A DNA stretch of 64,000 nucleotides, from contig NMRA01000064.1 in assembly GCA_002633005.1 (NCBI GenBank), positions 377,977-441,976 on the forward strand, given 5' to 3'. The notes below the pieces were generated by a model. It saw only the letters and a list, made by a program, of their open reading frames with translations. It was not told the origin of the DNA and did no database searches. Shown here one piece after another: positions 24,363 to 37,200 of this stretch; the stretch's first letter is position 1; every line of letters starts with the position of its first letter. The position numbers and the translations under genes were made by a program. Source of the stretch: Phoronis australis (taxonomy: Eukaryota; Animalia; Phoronida).

Positions 24363-25057
24363 TTCCTAAAGAGCGGCACCTTACTGTGAAGACATTCACT
24401 ATGATATAAGACATATGTCTCTCCCCAAACACCACGTCATCCGTCATCCCGTGACTGAAGCAGCAGGTTGTAAAAGTTCGGGAACTTCGATATTTCCATA
24501 CTTAGGACAATGCGCACTTTGAAAATTTTAAATTTAAGTAACCCATATTTCTGAAACCGTGAAATCAGTTGCGTCTTTTTGAGGTTTCTTTTCCTCTCTA
24601 ACCGTACAGGCAACTGTCATAAAGAAAATACTTTAGGCCTAATGAAAATACTAGCTTGACCGAGGTTAGCAGCTGAAAAAATCTCGTGCCTCCGGCACCT
24701 CTGGTCAAAGGAGGTGAAAATGATGTCATGTCCCCGGCCAAGTCAAAATGTCTGGCTTTTTAACATTGAATCGCCTTTTGACATCTAATATCATGATTTC
24801 ATAAATCGATACACGTACACCGCAGAACTGAGCTATTCAACCTATTTCCACTCGCATGGCACTGAAAATCACGAATGGCTATTCAAAATTCAGGACGCTT
24901 GACGTTAGTAGAGTGTCCGAACAATTTCAAATTTGCAAGTGCCAGCCAGTCCTATCTGTGCCTGTCGTGACACTCTGATGTTTTACTTGTGGCTTGTGGA
25001 AATTTACAAGACATATCAAAAGTCAAAAAAGCTGAATCACACCCGATATCAGAAGTA

Positions 25058-25755
25058 CAGGGTTTCCCAAAATTGCGAGACATATTTAAAGCAAATAAGT
25101 TCGAAAAAGAGAATGTATTAAAAACTTCTTCCTGGCAGGACAGCCAGGGCATAGGAGTTTTCATTGACGGCTACTTTATCCACCCGTGACACGGAGGCCC
25201 CTAGTTTATGAACAGTTTTTTTGCTTTGTGTCATGATAGCAAGGCAATCTGTCTGGAGGATGAATGCTGTACTTGGTAAATTAATGTGTTATTTGTGGAT
25301 TTTTTTCTGCACAGACCACCAACATAAAGTAATTGGCTGGAACCAAATGTAAGAACGCGGGGATTGGGGAACATCTCGACAACGTGGTGAAGTTAGGCGA
25401 TTCGTGAAGACGAGCTGGGTGAGAGGTTGTGATATCTGGCGATGCATCTACATGTGCCTGAGATAATATATGTACTGTTCAGCAGTGTGAAATTAACAAG
25501 CATGTCATACCATGGAAACTTTAAAACGCCGCCTTCGGAACCGCTCCACGACTGATTTCATGTTTTGATGACGGTTGCCGTGGTAAATAAAACAAATGAC
25601 TGTTTACGCTCGGGGGCATCCATTGTCACTTTTCAAAGAATTGTTAGTAAAAACTCCCAATTTGTCTATGATGCCAATAACAAGAGTAAAAGAAAATAAT
25701 TTCATTTTCGAGTTATATTTCTTTAATATGTGTCTGATAGTTTTGGGACACCCTG
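25058..25755. mobile_element. Non-autonomous Tc1/mariner-type element with TA target duplication
   Basis: The left end is TA|cagggtttcccaaaattgcgagacatatttaaag. The reverse complement of the right end is TA|cagggtgtcccaaaactatcagacacatattaaag. No transposase ORF lies between them. Confidence 0.75.
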
Positions 25756-27363
25756 TATAACCAAATGGCAGCATTCTGGTACTGTGGTTTTACGCGTAAC
25801 ACACGAACTATTTATGGATTGTTTTAGAAAAACATACCCGTGGGTCAAATAACTCACAGAGATATAACTCCATGGGTCTGTATGGTTGCTGTGATAGTAT
25901 CGGAATGCAACCTGCATTATTTCCAATGAAGACGCGACTAACGACACAGTTGTCCGAAATTAAATAATCACAGTTGGTAAATGGTCTAATGACGAGACGC
26001 CTAAAATCATACACATAATATATGCAAATGAAGAAATCGTTAACAAAGGATGTTTGAGCACAATCTGATGTCTGCCCAATGTCTATAAACATACTGCTAA
26101 GCTAATAAAATTTGGACAAAAAATAACACCCAGTTAACGTTAAATATACCTACAAAAGATGATCACAAAATTACTAAAACGTATTATACGTCCTTACGCA
26201 ACTGGACTGAATGTTGAAAGAAGTAACAATGTCATCAAATTTTGACGCATAAGGCACGTTCTCGAAGATACGGTAACTCAGAAAACAAATACAGAACTAA
26301 TTAATTCAATAAAAGTTAACACTGACAGCAGTCCAGAAACTTATGGTGCAGATGTTTGTAAATACTTCACAAAACTTTGATGCCCTACTTGGTATGTAGA
26401 AGATTCAATATTTAAGGTCAATACCAGCTAGACCTCCCAGTGAGTCACCCATACAGCTCACAAAACGGTAAAAATTGTGGCCAAGCTCAGTCAAACCCTG
26501 TCCCTATCCCATGGACAAAGCCTTCTTAAGTTTTGTCCAGGACAAATGGAAGATGTATCTTTCACAGATCCCTGCTTCCTGTGACCTAGCGGCAATGGTA
26601 CAAACAACAGGTTGGCAATACAATAGGGAGTTCTTACCCAGGGGAATCCTGTTTACCGTATGTGCATTTGCAAACTTTATCAATAAAAACACATCACTTG
26701 GTATTAAACATAGTATTTATTAAGAGGTAAATTTCATGTTATCTGTTCCATACAAAATATCAGAGGGAAGTTGGTAGTACACAGCAGAAGACATTGCTTA
26801 CTAGTAAAGACCTTAACAGCCCCACCTATTGGAAACAATGGGACCTATTACTAATGGGAGACAGAGAAAGCACAACATTAAAACTCCAACACAACACAAT
26901 GAATCCGACCAGTCAATTTAACACCAGAACAGATCAATCTAACGCATTTACATATTTACTTGTATGCCATGTTTAATACCAAAAGGTGGGAAACCAAATT
27001 AATCGTGTGGGACTGTGGTCAAGTCAATAAATATGCCCTATAAGTGAACACATCAATTACGGCCTAAAAGCAAGGCAGACACCAAAAACCGATCCTGGAG
27101 TATTCTTAGCAACTCATTTAGAATACACACATTTCAAGTCTTGTAGAAATGGACAGCAAAGCATGACTGTGTGTTAAAAAATTCAAGCTCAACACTGAAA
27201 GCAACACATCAATGGTATGTTCATCTCTACACAACTCTGCAAGAGTCGTCACGAATGAAGCCCACATCCAGACAATGGTGAACCAGCAATTAACTACAGT
27301 GGATATGAACACATAACAAGTATTCAGCTGCTCAGCACTGAAAATATGCTGTCGTTATTGTTG

Positions 27364-27364
<1 letters not shown>

Positions 27365-27413
<49 letters not shown>

Positions 27414-27420
27414 GCTGTTG
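27365..27420. repeat. (GCT)n microsatellite in the probable syndecan 3' UTR
   Basis: About 17 tgc/gct units; an (AAT)n run also occurs at ~27670-27702. Confidence 0.9.
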
Positions 27421-28282
27421 CCATGGATGAGAAAAGCTGAACATGCCATGAGAATGTTACAACATCAAACCACATTCATTAATTTACAAGGATTTGGATT
27501 TAGGACGTCTTTTTACTAACAAAATATTAAAAAAACAAACCGCAGATGGAACTTAACAGGAATTTAATAAAAAATCAAAATCATACTCTGAAAGCAATGC
27601 CTCCAGTTTTGTTCAAACAGAAACAATTGACGAGTTATTAAAAATACTTAATATACACTACACATACTCTAATAATAATAGTAATAATAATAATAATAAT
27701 AACATATACAGTTGTTGAATTAATATGATACTACTAAATATGCTGTGAATGAAGGCAGATTAAATTCTTTGTTCGAATTAAAACCACCAGTACAAAAGGA
27801 CTGAGCGGTGTCAAGACCAGGTTTTATGTTTTTTCCATAAAAGATTAGCTCACACACTTATTTTTTGTTCCTTTTTCTCAACAGTGCTTATTTTTAAGAT
27901 TGTTCAAAGTTACATGCACAATACCTGTTAAACTTTTTAATTTGAAGCTTCAAAAAGAAATGCGACTAAAAGTTGTTCTGTAACAGGAATGTTGGCCTAT
28001 TGTTGTAGTAATCATTTTAAAACTGGTACCAAAAGTTTAAAAGAAGGAAAACCATTGGGTGGAAAACGAAAACAGTTATTTCTGTAAAGAGTGCTGACCC
28101 GTACCTATTCGAGATAGCAATCATGTCCCGCTTCTTGCCACCAGTAATAGCAGCAAACCTTCTTCACAATTCACACTTGTATATATTTACACTGTCCCCT
28201 TTTCACTGCGACGCACACAAATGCAATTCACAAACCAACTGTTCCACTGATCTGAACACTTGCTACCTAACAGTCGGCGTGT

Positions 28283-31200
28283 CTATGCATAAAACTCTTT
28301 CGTGGGTGCTTTTGTGTATGATGTGTTAAGCCGTGGTGTTTTTGGTTCATCTAGTGCATAACTGCCTTCATCTTTCTTTCGCATGCGGTACACAATAAAC
28401 ATTACGAGCAGAACAGCAAACAGCAGACCGACTACGGCACCACCTATGACACCTGGAAAGAAGCAATATATCATATTTAGAACCAGGAATTTCATTTAAA
28501 AACATGAATTAACACATGATCGAAATGAAATCGGCAAGAAAACATACTTAAAGTGTACTAAAGATCTCACCGAGTAACCATGGAAACAATTTCACAGGCA
28601 AATTCCATTTTTACACATTGGCAACAAACAAATTCAATTTGCAGAGTGAAAAAGTTCAAAATGTTATTTCGGTTGTTTTTCTTTCGGCTTGCTATCCTCA
28701 TCAAACTAGCTCCTCATACACATAACATAATTTTCTCAAGCCTGCACAAATCTTTAGTGTTAAGGCCCCAAAATACAACCCGAGATACAGTTGACCCTAG
28801 GGGTCAGCGAGCTACAAAGACCTTTCCAGGGCCTTTCCTAACAAATTATGCATTTGTTATTTGTATTGAATAGAACCTAAAATAAAATACAAAGACGAGA
28901 CTCAGACAAGTGGTATTAGTCTAATTCGTCAATAACATCCAAAGGGTGAAGACAAGTTTAAGCGGTCATACGTGGAATTTGATTCAATTTAAACTGTAAG
29001 AGAGCGCACAATAGACATAATAACTATGGCAAGTAAAACAAAACAGCTCTAGTGTCCTCGGACATTGACCTGGGAAATGAGAGTTATTATGACTTTATAT
29101 CCAAGGCGATACACAGAAATTGTGGGAAAAGGTGCCAATTAGAGAGACATCCCTTAAGAATTTCACTAGCTAGATTCACGGCACAAAATAAATGCAATGG
29201 ACTTCGAATAGGTGGAAAGGTTAACTATCATAACAGGCTTGTACAATGTGCAATGCCAACCAAACCTAAGTAGTTCTGTCCTTGTAACAACACATCTCAA
29301 GTCATGTCCACCGCAAGCCACAGTAGAGATGGGATATCAGAAAACTGTAGGACACAACAGCAAGCAAGCAAACAGTCCACGCATCGCAACTCAGGGACTG
29401 TGCAATGCAGTCACAGGTGAAAGATCACTGAACTTAGAGACTATGGAATGCAATTACATGCAACTGTTGGCGAGACCAAGGAATACAAATGCAGAATTCA
29501 AGAAGTGATCACCAAGTGAGGCTTGATGTCTCTCCAGCCCGATATTCCCCCCAAGCCCTGTGCACCTTCAAACCATCCCACAGTTCAACCACCATGCGTC
29601 CAGTCTTACCTGCCAGTAGTCCAGGATGGGCCACAAGACCCGTGCTGGCAGCTATCTGTCCACCCGTCTGCTCAAACTCAACCTCGTTTGTGTCTTCTTC
29701 TCTGTCCTCTTTACTGTCGTCCTCCCTGACCTCATAAGAGCCTTCCTCGTTATCTGCCCCGGGCACCACGTTAGATTGTGTTGGGGCGGTATCAGTGGAC
29801 ATCTCCTGGTCATTATCATCCTCAGCATTGGGCTGTAATCACATTACCATAATCATGACTACCAATACTACTACCACAATCATTATTGCTATTTTCACCA
29901 TTACTATCAGTATTACTACTACCGCAATCATTGGTATTGTCATCATTATTATAAACTCGTTTATGGCACACTAAGGTAGTATTAACATCAAGGCCATATT
30001 TCTCCAGTAAATACTCCCTGCATTTCAGAATACATGTCGCAACATTCCAGTGCAAACTTCATAACTGGAATGCTATTGAGTTAAAGCTTTTGTAAGTCAT
30101 ATCAACACACTTAAAAGGTAAGGAGCAATCACCATATTTGCCAACCGACATGAAATGGTTTCCATGCCATCACCATCGAGATCATAGAGGTTTACTTACA
30201 CGCACACTCTTGATGACAAATTGGGGCGTAGTTCTCTTGGACGTCATTTTGGTGGTCTCGGGAGCTGGGGTGGGAGGGGTCGTGGCTGCAAAAGTACATA
30301 CAGCTTAGTTTAAGACACAGTCATCTCAACAAAGTCAGAAATACACTGCGTGGTTTAGATTTGCTGCGCAGACCATACGTAAAGCATTCAGGATTACAAC
30401 TGAGCTTTTTACAATGTCTAAAAATGTAGCCATGCACAGGCAACAATGCACTACTCTCAAGCCATGCACAATAAGCTTGCGTTCTGAAAGTCAACCAGAT
30501 GACAACAGAAACAGGTCAGACAGGTTTTGGTTTGTGACTGAGTATACCGTATCAATGAACCATCTACTTACAAGTATACTAAACAATGATTTGGCGATTC
30601 CACCAAAATTTGGTCGAGTTACCTGCTGATACACCACTAGTACCTCTCTCAGTGATTAAGGGATATACAGGGCTTGGAATGACCAATGGCGAAAAACGCG
30701 GAAATTTTTACGGCCCGAAACATGCGCGCAGCCAACCTTGAAAAAGTCGGTGTGGACCTTTTGCCGACAAAAATCGAAAGGACTAAAAAAAAGAAAAAAA
30801 AGCGTGCGTCTGCGTCTGTCGTAGCTCGTCCGCCACTCTCACCTCCAAACATTTTTGGCTGCAGAGTCGTAGTATTTGTCACCGCGGTTTACAATCACAT
30901 GAGCCGCCATTGAGGAAATCCACCACGCTATCCCAGATGCCCCGGCAATGTTGACAATTTACGCTCCTCCGAATCATAAAGAGCAACTTCCGCTTTTCGA
31001 GGTGAAAGTCGTCGGCAACGCAGCGGTAAGAAAGAAATTTGCCGCGGAAATTTTACATCAAATCCAATTTTTTACACGGAAATATAATAAAATACGCGGA
31101 CAGAACATTTGAAAAAAGCGGAAATCCGTGTTTCTGCGGAAAATTCCAAGCCCTGGATATAGGACCCTCGAAAAATAGCCAACTTTGGCAAACTTTGGAA

Positions 31201-34200
31201 TGTCAAATCTCACAAATAGCAGATCAGACAGCATAATTTACCATTGTTCTCCAAAACACCAATTAGGAATTGTTTATAAAATTTACCTCTTTTGTGTGAA
31301 GGCTATCAAAGACAGTACTTTCATGATTTTTACAAAATAACTCAACAAAGTGGCATAAAACGAAAACAAAATGATAATTTAGACAACTGTAACAGCGTTT
31401 TTGAGATTTCATCTTGTACAATTATATCAAACAGAACCTTATCATGTCAATCATACCATTGTCTTGCTATGCACGTACTTTCTATTCCTATTGTGCTAAA
31501 TTTTACTACAAACGCATGGTCACCTGGTCCAGGTTATAGGAAACAGGTGTTCGGACCAAAATCAAATTCTACAGACTTTCTACTTCCAGAAAATACATAC
31601 TTTTAACGAGTCAAAATCTGTACGTTTTGTAGACATTTGGCTAAATACACAGACAAGTCGATAATGTCACGCGTGACAATTACGCGTTATTCCAATAAGA
31701 CACTTTCCCCAGTGCCGTAAAGGGTCTAGTCCATTCGTCCATTCTGAGGTGAAAGGTCTCTCCCAACCGGCTTCCCGTAACTTGCTTAAACTGGTAGTCA
31801 CAAGCACTTTGTAAGCAATTTTCAAAATTACTCCAAACTAGTGAGAATCGACAATAGTGACAAGAGTTTTATTTGAATGTAAAGATTCAAATGAGCAAGT
31901 CAAAGTTAGTAATCTGCTAATAGGACAAAACTGGATTTTAGTAACTATCCTATTGATTTTATGATCAGTTACATCTTTCCAGAAACTTTTTTTTGCATAT
32001 ACCTAGTCAAACATTTTTTGAGAAATTGAAATTTCTGCTACTTTCAAACCACTGGCCCAGTGACCACACACTAGACTATGACTCATAATACTGAATAGTA
32101 AAAATAAGACGAGCGGCGGAACTAAAATTTATAACTATTATAATATATACTAGTATCGACACTTGTTGTTTTATTTTTAGTATTTTATAGTCTTATCCGT
32201 CGGAAACTGCACGGCATTCCAGCATCTATTTTTTTCATTTACTCGTAATACTTACTATGTCTAGGCTCAGATGCCATGTCCAGCAGAGGACCAACACTGG
32301 ACTCGGTGACTGCCTCCTTCAGGTCAGAAGTGGTGGGCTCTTTAGCCTGGACCCCAGACACCTTCAGGTCCATGTCGACTACAACACTGCCANATCTTTC
32401 CAGAAACTTTTTTTTGCATATACCTAGTCAAACATTTTTTCAAACCACTGGCCCAGTGACCACACACTAGACTATGACTCACAATACTTAATAGTATAAA
32501 TAAAATGACGAGCGGCGGCACTAAAATTTATAACTATTATAATATATTCTAGTATCAACACTCGTCATTTTATTTTTAGTATTTTATAGTCTAATCCATC
32601 GGAAACTGCACGGCATTCCAGCATCTATTTTTTTCATTTACTCGTAATACTTACTATGTCTAGGCTCAGATGCCATGTCCAGCAGAGGACCAACACTGGA
32701 CTCGGTGACTGCCTCCTTCAGGTCAGAAGTGGTGGGCTCTTTAGCCTGGACCCCAGACACCTTCAGGTCCATGTCGACTACAACACTGCCAGGTGACACA
32801 CTGTTGATGATGAGGGCTACTGTGTTGCCACGGAATTTCTTTTCAAACGACATCATCAGCTGAAACGTAGGAAACCTGACTTGCTACTACTTGTCCATTT
32901 TACTTTTACACATTTACACAAGATACATTTATTTCAAAATAAGTCAGCAATAACGACCAGGTCATTCCAGTTAGAGAACAAAAACTGCATCAACGCTCGC
33001 TTCAAAACTAGGCGTATTTCATTATATTTCATGTCTTATAAGGAAACCAGTACAAAGTGCAATAACCGGCTCATCTTTATATTGATTTTTGCAACAATTA
33101 ATTATTGTCGGTAGGAATGATATCACAGACATGGCCTCACCTAGACACCAAACATAACGCCGACTTGAACATACTTAGGCATCTAATCATTCACAGACCT
33201 GTGTTGATAGCGTTTGCCAAGGCAACACAGGGGAAGACAAACATGGTTATCCAAAGAAGGACACAATCTAGTCTGAGCACGTAGCTCACAGCTAGCTACA
33301 GACTCTCAGCTGATAATGTACGCTAGTACAAACTGCAGTTATCATGTTCACAGCAGGTCATTTGACACCAATGTAGAGCCTGTTCGAATACAAAGTCGAA
33401 TCTACTTGGCACTGCCTTTTGATAACAAGAAACGGAACCATGTCTTGTTAAAATTGCGAAGTTCGTCTTAATAGCCATCACAAGTTCATAAGAACAACTG
33501 CACACTTGTGCACAATGTCCATGCTGATGGCATCAAGAGGCCACGTGCTCATGAGTAAAACCTCACCTTCTTTTTGATCTTCATTTTGTAGAGGTCCACA
33601 TTTTTGGCAACTGTATTGTAGTCTATGTCAAACCGTGCAACGATGTTGTAAGAGTACACCATGTCTGAAGACAAGAACATGAATATTTAACAACACTTAA
33701 TCAATAAATACTACATGGATGTAATTAGACATCACATTCACAACACTGTTCAAGGCATCCGCCGATATTCACTGTTTTAATCTGCAGCAGTCACAACGGA
33801 GCTTTGCAACAAGTAAGATCAAGCATTGCACTTTCCCCAAAATATGTTGGAACTNNNNNNNNNNNNNNNNNNNNNNNNNNNNNNNNNNNNNNNNNNNNNN
33901 NNNNNNNNNNNNNNNNNNNNNNNNNNNNNNNNNNNNNNNNNNNNNNNNNNNNNNNNNNNNNNNNNNNNNNNNNNNNNNNNNNNNNNNNNNNNNNNNNNNN
34001 NNNNNNNNNNNNNNNNNNNNNNNNNNNNNNNNNNNNNNNNNNNNNNNNNNNNNNNNNNNNNNNNNNNNNNNNNNNNNNNNNNNNNNNNNNNNNNNNNNNN
34101 NNNNNNNNNNNNNNNNNNNGAGTCACGCGATTCTTGTACCTTATCTATGCATGTCTTTTCACGGGCTACAGGTTCTGTAAAGAACAGTACATGCAATGTG

Positions 34201-37200
34201 TCAACTTGTTTCACAAATAAGACTTTACCGATCAACATCAAAGTTCAACACAGAAAAGTCACACACTCTGGCTCTTTCGGGCAATGTAGTTACGTCAAGT
34301 AATAACCGAATACTTACAACTACTAACGGCAGTGATACAAATTAAACAACACTAAATAGCACTTTTGACAAAAGGCTGGATGATTATTATCATAATATAT
34401 TACCATAGTATATTATCATAATATGTCACCACTATTCAATATTCAAAGGCTTCTAACCATACTATGGAAGGCCACTATTTCCCAGAACAATGTCTGATGG
34501 GAGCTAAGCAGGGTTGTCCACAGCTATGAATCCAAACATGCAGAAAGAATGAACACGTCAATAAGTGGGAAATGCATGGCACGTTCTCTCAAGTCCAAAT
34601 CTACTTCCACGGTAGTCGCACTATATTCACTAGTTTGTCAAATTGTGTCTTAAGTGTAAACATGTTGGGGATCTCTAGTGGAAGCAATGAATACTTCCAA
34701 AGCTGGCTGCCTGTGTAAACTATCACGAAACAGTTGCTAGACTCCGCAGGTGCTTCAAGTACCCATCTAGTTAGCCATACACACACTGTGAGATATTTTA
34801 GACGAGCAGACTAAAAACACACCCAGAAAAAGACATAAGCCATGAAATAATATACCATGAAATAATACAAACAACAAGGTAAAGCACTGCCATGTAAAGT
34901 ACATCTTTTCCTATTTAGTTAAAACAAGATTTAAAGTGAGACATCAAACTAGACTCACCACTGATAATTCTTATCAACTAGGTTATAAAAGATAGCAACG
35001 CTTAAAAACAAACATGTCAGCCCCTCAATTGAAACAAAAAAGGCACTTGACAAAACTATGAAGCTACTAACCTGAGGCAGATCCCTCGGCATCCTCTTGG
35101 TCCTCATCAGACCCAGAACCATCCCTGTCATCTTCATCATCACCCATACCACTGCCATCGGTTATGGCCTACAGTAACAACACTACATGTCAAGCTGATG
35201 GTCAACCAAACCAAAAGGGGAGTTGAGCAGTGGAAAATAGCAGGTTTTGGGTCTAAAACTAGGTAATACTCACTGTCTTATTAGAAGATAGTACAGAAGA
35301 AATAAACATACACAAACACTGGGAATGTTACAATGTACATGAACTAAGGGCTTGCCAAACAGCTGCCATAAGTGACAGATAGCTCAACTGATGCTAGTTG
35401 CATGTAGAGAGCAAGGCAAAATGATCACTGACCTGTAAACTACATCTGAAGAAATCAGAGTAATTGAAGTACAATGAGCGAGCAAGGGAGATTTGGTCAG
35501 GTGAGGCAGCAATTAGTTTTCAATGGCAATCGAAGGTAATTGGCTAGGCACTTGGCTCACTTCACTCGCGCATTCCGAGCATTTACGCTCGCAAGGTAAC
35601 ATAAATCTAGCTAGTGAGAGTGACATTCACATTTACCGCCTAGCCTGGCAATATCATCACAGTTAAATTTGGTGTACAAGTGAACTATGAGCTGAACGTC
35701 ATGTGACTCGAAATTGCCGAAATCGAGCATGGTGTTCATGTGCGACCTTCACCTCATTACCACACTGAACTATAACTTTCTGTTTCACTCTATACATTAT
35801 TTGCTAGCAGAAACAAGTGAACATCCCATTCTCTCATCAAAAGCTTTTGCTCACACTGCTACAAGAGATCTGTCAAACAGCACTGCCATGTTGCTTTCAC
35901 AGCTCTCAGACAACCCAGTAAATCTGCAAACACCTAGTCATTAATAATGCAACAACTGATATGTTTCTACTTTGCTATTGCAACTGAAAAAGAGTGGCAG
36001 TATTGAGAACACCATGGGAATACAAGGCATGGCACAAGTGGTTTATTTGACTTGTAAGAGAAAGAAAAATACCAAGAAGACGTGTGACATTTGTGAACTC
36101 TGAAACAAGGGGCATGCTGTTGTTGCTGTAGATAACTTAGGGAGACAGTCTGGGGCTGAAATCTGATTTAAGTTAAAAAAACAAACAAGACCCCCTTGCA
36201 GCTAATATTGACTCATTTGCATATCCTAGCAAGCAGTTTGTACCCATCATAGAAGAATTAGGGTGCGAGAGGTTCTAAAAATGAAAGTCCTTAAAAGTGT
36301 CACACTACTCCTAGAATGAATATTTCTGACTCATCAGCTCAAACTCCCGTGAAAATGATAAGAATACGTTGACCCTTCACCTGTGTTGCTGAAGTTTTGA
36401 TACAGATGACCAGATTTTGAGAAGCCATGTTTTTTCCACATAAGTGCTAAGTATAGACAGAAATTAGCAAATTTATGGTGGTCAGCAAATAAGAAATTTG
36501 TCATAATTAGGAAGGACTACTCTGCACTACTACTAACTCGAGTTAAAACACTGAAGCCATTTCAAATGAGTGTTGACCAAATCATTCTACAAAAATTTGT
36601 TGTATTATCAGTTTGAAGAACAAGTCTGTCACAACAGCTAACGAATAGCATGACAGTCATTAACAAAGAAACTCCTAATTACTACTACCATGTATACCTG
36701 GGCACCCTACCTAAAGTGGCACAGTTGACCTAATTCCATGCTTGATTGAAAAATTAGCAATCTATAGAACACTTATAAACAATGGCCTTGAAAACCACAC
36801 ACAAAGTTCTTTCTTACACAGTTTAAGTGATTGCCTACCAAGTTAATTTTTTATAACTGTAATGTGCCCCAGGCCTTGTTGTGCTTGGTACAACGCACTA
36901 ACCACTTCAGCACGCACAAGACCTCCTCCTCTGGCCACCCCACGTGGTCGATAGTTCACTGTGTGCTCATAATATAAAACACTTACCTGTTTATTTTCGT
37001 TGTAATAGAAATCATTTGATTCTGCTACTCTGCCAGCGGAATTCTGAAAATATGAACAAACCACTTTATAGACACTGAAACTCCTGATAGGGTGTAATCA
37101 GATAAGTTGAAGTGAAGGTACATAATGAATACAGACTCAAACTAGTCTGAGCCATGTTAGTTCACCTACCTCCTATTTGAAATAGTGTGAATTATTCAAG

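Noticed and set aside
25500-25590. RFX X-box-like motifs upstream of OFCC1
   Set aside because: The matches are imperfect and lie inside the Tc1/mariner-type element, more than 1 kb from the likely TSS.
31972-32791. Apparent second copy of the SEA exon (32255-32392), suggesting tandem or mutually exclusive exons
   Set aside because: The copy is nearly identical, lacks the acceptor half and breaks exactly at a single N (32393), where the flanking sequence restarts. This is the pattern of two haplotype contigs joined in tandem.
33791-34302. ORFs of 111-158 aa
   Set aside because: Made of X residues from the N gap.
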